Positions 57,570 through 64,000 of a stretch of 64,000 bases of DNA are shown in pieces. A program made the translations under genes and the position numbers. Within the stretch, counting starts at the first letter, position 1, and every line of letters starts with the position of its first letter. The notes under the pieces are model-generated. The model saw nothing but the letters and a program-made list of their open reading frames with translations. It was not told the DNA's origin and searched no databases. This stretch comes from Hyaloraphidium curvatum SAG 235-1 (taxonomy: Eukaryota; Fungi; Monoblepharomycota). The stretch is taken from contig JAIVFI010000039.1 of the NCBI GenBank assembly GCA_025558095.1, positions 186,001-250,000 on the forward strand, read 5' to 3'.

Positions 57570-58153
57570 CACGGTGGGCCGGCACTGTCCGAGCGCGCCG
57601 TTTGTGCGCAGCAAAACTGGCCGGTCCGACGTGAACGCGCACCGCGGGCACAGGCGCCCACCCCTCCCCTCGCAGTCGCCAAACAACACGGTTTTGCTTG
57701 CGTCTGTGCTTTCAGAGGATGACCTAGCGGCAAAAGATCATCAAGCGATGCCTCGCTTTGTAGTCAATACAGGATTTGATGCGTCAGCGCGAGCGGTGGC
57801 GCTGATGTGCAGTGTACTCTTCTCGGTTTACGTTGCAGAAGTCTATATGAAACGTACTAGCTTCTGTTGACTGACGTGCCCTGTACGAAGCGGCGGCGGG
57901 GTCTTGAGGCGGCTCTAAGGGACCACATCCCCCGAGACCACACAGCACAACCCCCCCCACCAACAAGAACCTCTGGGCCCGCTGTACTCTACGTGGCAAC
58001 GGCGCTCTTTGAGTTGCCGGCACAACCTCTGCTGACGCGGATCCGCGGTGACATCGATCCCGGGATCCCGAGGCGAGGCCTCGTAAATGCTGCGGAGGGT
58101 GTGACCGCCAACCTCATCGACTGGGCGAACCGTGGGGACCCGCCGTTGTAGCG

Positions 58154-61100
58154 ATGGCCTACGCCCCAGCCGGTGTTGGGCAGTATTCGGCCCCGCCGTA
58201 TGCGGACGAGGACGATGATTTCGGGGTTCAGGGTTGGACCGATACCGAGCACCTGGTGGCCCAGAGCGTCTCCGAGGCGACGAACCGCGGTGCAGACGGA
58301 AGCGGACAATTTTCGGACAGCGGCTCCAGCGGAGACACGGCACCGGCGCAGCAGCAACCCGCGCACCTCACCTTGGGTGGCTACTCGTCCTTGTCGCTCC
58401 AAAGCGGCCCTTCCCCGATCCCCGGCATCGACAGCGACGATGGGGGGGCGTCCTTCGCAGATCAGAGCGACGAGGAAGATGACGATGACGAGGAGATAGA
58501 TCCCAGCATCGGAATGGGCGCGGACGGCATCCCGCTCGTGGACATTTCCGAACAGGAAGCCGAGGAGAGACGGATAGGCGCCAGTCTCCGCCGGCGTTGG
58601 ATGACGTTCGTCAAGTGGTCCACGTTCTTTGTCAGCGATCGCTACATTCGGAGCAAGTTGCCCGGATGTCTCGGACCCGCCGCCACGGATGAGCAGCTGC
58701 TGGCGTGGCGGGAGAAGCTGACGATGTTCGATATGCTCCTTGGACTGTACATTATTGTCGCGGTCGTTTTCCTCATTCTGCCTATCATATTCTGCGCCCA
58801 GGGACCTGGAGACGCCACTGGTTTGCTTTCGAAAGATGTGTGGTGAGTGGCAGCCTCGACAGGCGTTGAAGGGCAACCTGAGTGGCATCGCGACAGGTAC
58901 TGCTGGACCTACGATATTTTCGTGCTATTCTACGCCGTCATGAGCGCCATCGTCGTGATCTTCACCCTCTACGCCGCTATTCGCATTCGGTTCCAGACAG
59001 CGAAGAAACGCCAGGACCAGTCAGACAGCTTGGTCATGTGGGCCGGTCGGGTGCTTTGCAACTGGGATGTGGGTGTCTGACTTGCCACGTCGCAGCCTCC
59101 ATATTCCTTGCTACTCGGAGGACGAAGTGGTCTTGCGGAAGACGATCGACTCCGTCGTGGCAACGGATTATCCGGATTCCGGGAAGATCCTCTGGGTCAT
59201 TGCCGACGGCTTGGTAACCGGGAGAGGTTGCTTTCGAGCTTGTCGTCCGATGGTTCGCTTCTCTGACAGCCATGCCATCCGCAGGCGCGGCAATGTCGAC
59301 TCCCGAGATACTTGTCGAGAGCATCTTCAAGTGCCGTTCCGTTCCGGGATACAAAGAGCCGCTTCCGAAGACGTACATGTCGGCCGGGCACAGTGGCGCC
59401 AAAATGAACGCAGCCAAGTCGTACAGTGGGATGTTCACGGTGCAGGGCCATACGTGCCCCTTCCTTGTAACAGTCAAGTGCGGCATGCCGGACGAGGCCA
59501 ACGCTGCGAAGCCGGGCAACAGAGGAAAGCGTGACAGCCAGATTATCATCTACAGCTTCCTCTACCACTACAATTTCGACCGGGAGAACATGTCGGAGCT
59601 CGACCACGAGCTCGCAAAGAACATGTTTGAACTGGGGATAGACCCCGCGGACTTGGACTACATGTTGCTCACGGATGCGGACAGTTACGTGCGACCCAAC
59701 GCTTTGGATCTTCTGGTCAACTACTTGGACAGCGATCCGTCCAGCATTGGGGCTTGCGTAAGCTGTGCGAAGCGGATTGCCTCGGATCCGCCTAACGCGC
59801 CGTTCCAGGGGGAAACCAAGGTCGACAACAAGCTAACGTCTTTCATATGCAGCATCCAGACGTTCGAGGTTGGTGGAGAAGTTGCAGCCTGCCAATGGTT
59901 CTCATCTCAGCGCCATGCAGTACTTTATCACACACGTCGTGTTGAAAGCTTTTGAAGGCTACTACAGCAAGGTCCTCGTGCTCAGTGGCTGCTTCGCCCT
60001 GTACAGGTTGGTGGCCAGCGCACAAGACCGCATCGGAACTCGGCTGAAGAGCAACCAAATCGCGCCCCACAGAATCAAGATTCGCGACGAGGATGGTGTC
60101 GAAACTCCCGGGATCATCAACCCGCACATCATCGAGAAGTACCTTGGAAACAAGCACAAATCGGTGCGCATCGCTTTGCTTGCCGCAAACTGTCTAATCC
60201 ACTAATGCGGCAAGGTGACCAGTTGCACGAGCACAATCTCCTCTCCATTGGAGAGGACCGCTACCTTTCCACGACAATTATCCGCACGTTTCCTGAGTTC
60301 GATACCGTCTACATTCCCTCCGCCATTTGCACGACCTCGGTGCCCGAGAATTTCCAGGTTCTTCTAAGCCAACGGAGACGTTGGACCAACTCCCTCGTGC
60401 ATTGCCATTTCGATCACATGGTAAGCAGTTCTCAGATCCCATTTCTGTCGTCGCCATTGACGCTGGTGAATTCAGATGTATCCACCCGCTTTCAAGTCGA
60501 AGTGGATGGCCTTTTACTTCTTCTTGGTCATCTTCTTGGAGTTGTGGATGGTGTTCATGCTGCCTCTTCTTCTCACCTGTGGTTTCTTCTTCCTTTTCTG
60601 TGAGTGGATTGCTTACGTGCGTGAGCACCCGTCCAACCACCGTCTCTACAGACTTTGCGATCGTCGGGTTCGGCACTTCCGGCCTCATTTTGACGGTTGT
60701 TTTGTTTTGTGTGCCTGCATTCGTCGTATCCTTCACGGGGCGGTGGCACCAGTTCTTTTATTGGATCCCCTTCATCATGGGCACTCCCATATTCAGTGTC
60801 CTGATTCCGGTCTACAGGTACGGTGACGGACTCAGTCTCTGCATGACACATGCTCACAAAGCACGCAACGCAGCATGTGGAAGATGGATGAGTTTGGCTG
60901 GGGGACCAGTCGAGCAACCGAAGAGAAGCCAAAACCCCAGGAGGACGAGATTCCACTTGTGGAAGCATCCGCGGAAGTACCGACGCCGACCAATGAAGAT
61001 GGCGATTCGGACATCACGGCGCATGCCGAGGACATCAGCGCCGCGGCGCACGGAGCAGCATCGGCATATCCTGGCGCGTACGGGCAACTTCCCGTTGGAT

Positions 61101-61507
61101 TCACCTTTGCACCTCCGATGCTACCCCCCCCTACCTTTGCTCCTGGCGGTCTCGACGTTGTGGCTGAGGCTGCTCGGAATTACGAGCTTGCAGCTGCGAG
61201 AGTTGCGCAACGCTATGGGCAAGACCAACCCTTGGATGCCTTCCAGGAGGATGGCAATTTTGCAGGGAGAATGCCTGCCATGGCAGCGGAAAGCGGGGCA
61301 GGCCAGGGTGTTGGTGACTTTGCCGCCTTGCCACCCGCATTGGCAAGCCGCTACGAGTCGGCTGCCGACAGGCTGAAGCAGACCGTGCCAGAAGCGGAGC
61401 TTGCAGATGCCTATGAGATGGCTTTGGCCCGACTGGCCCAAACAACGGGTGGCCCGCAGCAAATGGTTTCCGACGTGCTAGGGACAACACCAGTAGCTGC
61501 AATCTAG
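58154..61507 (+). CDS. Chitin synthase (GT2, division-2-like)
   Basis: [71 protein letters not shown]. About 10 introns. Confidence 0.95.
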
Positions 61508-61649
61508 TTTCTCCTTGCCAGACAGGGCAAGGCACGGTTGGCATTCTTTGTTTTTATCCCTGTGTCTCGTGGTGCCAATGATTGTAGATAGACTCCATTC
61601 ACATAACACAAGTATTGTCCCTCTATCCGTTTGTGGGATGTTAGGCACA

Positions 61650-61972
61650 CTCTGGGCTCTGAGCATCAAAAAGTTCAAGCCCACCATCAAACTGAGGCGG
61701 AAGAAGGAGAAGGCCCTCAACTCCATTGCCAGCTTCATCTCAAAGTCCATGAAGGACAGAAAACGGCGGGGAAAATGAAAAAGATGCAAGACGACAAACT
61801 TCAAATTAGCAGCAAACTGATGGTGTAACAGCGGCCAAGCCAGGGGCAGGTCCGGGTCACCAATACTATAGTCCGTGACCGCAACACATGGTCAGCCAAA
61901 ACCTGTGCCCGCCAACACGCAACTCGCTTCCCTGCACACAATTGGCAGGGAACAGCCCAGAGACAAGCCTTG
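61650..61972 (+). mobile_element. Truncated 3'-end fragment of the adjacent LINE, in opposite orientation (left arm of inverted repeat)
   Basis: Near-identical reverse complement of 62385-62708; encodes LWALSIKKFKPTIKLRRKKEKALNSIASFISKSMKDRKRRGK* plus 3' UTR. Confidence 0.88.
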
Positions 61973-62384
61973 CGGGCCTATTTATGCCCTCGACGTAAAT
62001 TTCCTGAAGCAGATATGGCGATTTGCGATGTATTGGAAGGAAAGAGGCCCACGGCGCGCCAAACCTTGGACACTTCCAGACAAAACTTCACGCACCAATC
62101 GTGCGTTCCTCGGCAAATAACCCATGGAATAGAAGGATTTGGTACATATCTTTGCTTTGGGCGCGTTTCATTCCTTAGTCTCCGGTGGATTCTGCTGGGC
62201 ACATAAGCTAATCCAGGGCACCATCGCGGAGTTGCTGCGCCTTCCAGAGGCCTCAGAATACCACGATACGATATTAGACCTTTTGAGTTTTGCGTGGCTA
62301 AATTGTGGAGCTCAAGCAGTTGTTTTGAAGGGGTGTGGTGAGCCTTCTCCAGAATTCTTTAGCTTCCTGTCGGGGACTGTATTC

Positions 62385-64000
62385 CAAGGCTTGTCTCTGG
62401 GCTGTTCCCTGCCAATTGTGTGCAGGGAAGCGAGTTGCGTGTTGGCGGGCACAGGTTTTGGCTGACCATGTGTTGCGGTCACGGACTATAGTATTGGTGA
62501 CCCGGACCTGCCCCTGGCTTGGCCGCTGTTACACCATCAGTTTGCTGCTAATTTGAAGTTTGTCGTCTTGCATCTTTTTCATTTTCCCCGTTTTCTGTCC
62601 TTCATGGACTTTGAGATGAAGCTGGCAATGGAGTTGAGGGCCTTCTCCTTTTGCCGCCTCAGTTTGATGGTGGGCTCGAACTCCTTGATGCTGTGTGAGA
62701 GTCCAGAGCCAGGTCTCCATGTTCCACTCGCGGCCCAGTGCTTCCAGTCTGGTCTGCAGCTTCTGGCGCCGCTCTGCATTTGCTGAACAGTGGAACAGAA
62801 AATGCTGTTCATCTCCAATGTGCTCAGGGTCATGTTTGCACATCCTCTGCTGCACCTCAAGTCCTTGGTGCCTGCCTGTTTCCACCTCCAGGTCGTGGGT
62901 AGAGCAGAGCAGCTTCTGGACGTCCCTCTGGTGCTTCTCCACCCGGATCAGCGACGATGCAATGTGACCAAAGGTCATGTCACACGTCCTCCAGAAGTGC
63001 AGCTTGTCGTTAGTTGTCCTTGAGCTTTTGGGCATTGATCTCCCTGAACTTGCCCTTCACAAGATTCTCCACAGTCTCCTTGGCCCATGAAAAAGTGTCC
63101 TTCTCCCACATCTCCTTCCCCTCCTCTCCACCATAGTACACAAGTAGTTCCCTTAGGAAGGCAGCCCAGTTCCAGCACCCCTTCAGTGCCTCGATCTTGA
63201 GCTCCTTGTAGAGCAGGTACAATGCAGGGTCAGCTGTTTTGATACACATGAGGAACTTGAGAGCCGACTCATGGTCATGAACTGCAAGAGGGTACTGGCC
63301 AGTGATCGCATATAGACAAGCCAGGGAGGTAGACTTGGGCTGATGAGTGACAGCACGAAGGGCCATGCATGTCACTTTGTCCCTGGTGCTTTCCCCGGCA
63401 AGGTACTCCTCCTTCGGCATCTCCACAATGAACGGGTTCCCATATTGGCCCACTGCCTTGACCTTTGTGTTGTAGAGCTTGAGCTGGAGGTCAGGACTCA
63501 TCCCAGGCTGCTGCCTGATGTCGCGGAGCCAGAGCCCAAAAGCAGCGTTCATCTTGGCCTCCCTGCCATGCACATGGTCCTTGCTCCGCCCAGTTGACGT
63601 GAGCTGGTACCCCAGAAGCTTGAAGCTGTCGACCCTCTTCAGCTCCTGGCCCCTGTACAAGAGCTTTGCACGGTGGGGTATCCTCCTGGCCATCCACTCT
63701 GTCTTGCTGACGTTGATCTCCAGCCCATTGGCACTGGCATATGCAGACAAAAGATCCAGCTGCATCTTGGCATCCTTCACCGTCTTCGAGATCAAAGTGG
63801 TGTCGTCTGCAAAGAACAAAGCCAGCAAGCTGACCATCCTTTCCTGATCCTCCTCTTCCTCAAACACCACGTAGAGCTCAAGGGAAGCAAGCTTCCCCCG
63901 CTGGTCCCTTTTGACAACTCCATGGGCGCAATGCGTTGCATCAATGGAGAAGTTGATTGATTCTATACATGGCACCACAATTTACCCCGATGCACAAATA
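62385..64000 (-). mobile_element. Degenerate non-LTR retrotransposon (LINE): RT C-terminal part plus C-terminal zinc-finger-like region; continues beyond window
   Basis: RT motifs LFFADDTTL, GLEINVSKT, FKLLG. C-terminal STHDLEVETGRH...RMC...IGDEQHFLFHC. Frameshifts near 63020 and 62695; lower GC and CpG-poor. Confidence 0.9.

Noticed and set aside
61973-62384. Short ORFs in the spacer of the inverted repeat as a cargo gene or transposase of a TIR element
   Set aside because: ORFs are short and motif-less, and the arms are LINE coding/3' UTR sequence, not terminal inverted repeats.

Overview
This is gene-dense, GC-rich eukaryotic DNA with short (mostly 45-75 nt) spliceosomal introns, so the ORF track fragments most genes; I reconstructed exons by eye. 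A chitin synthase together with a plant-type PEX22, a recognisable LAMTOR3, a GT10 fucosyltransferase and a BIRC6-type UBC point to an early-diverging (chytrid-like) fungus; this is inference. About 34 protein-coding genes are present. Most are housekeeping: NAA50, Rad4/TopBP1, SNF7, BUB2, COX17, VAC14, PARL, DCD1, Yippee, AP-3 mu, PPN1, Aurora, MSP1, BYE1 and CHS. They are interspersed with intronless accessory or bacterial-like genes: DUF2306-like, an SDR (one intron), an Rnl2-type RNA ligase and a multi-TM protein. The right end is a degenerate, CpG-depleted LINE whose 3' part is also present as an inverted copy just downstream of chitin synthase. The most interesting signals are: (1) an intronless putative 7TM ion-channel (insect OR/GR, plant DUF3537-like) gene bracketed by ~140-bp diverged direct repeats of the intergenic spacer; (2) a LAMTOR3-AP3M-PPN1 vacuolar trio in which PPN1 has a type-I anchor with an acidic dileucine signal; (3) an E2 carrying SIM-like and MIU-like motifs; (4) the LINE inverted repeat; (5) a Mn-CDF/fucosyltransferase pair 69 nt apart; and (6) at least four GC-AG introns. 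No tRNA, rRNA or CRISPR was seen. All family assignments come from motif recognition, not database searches.
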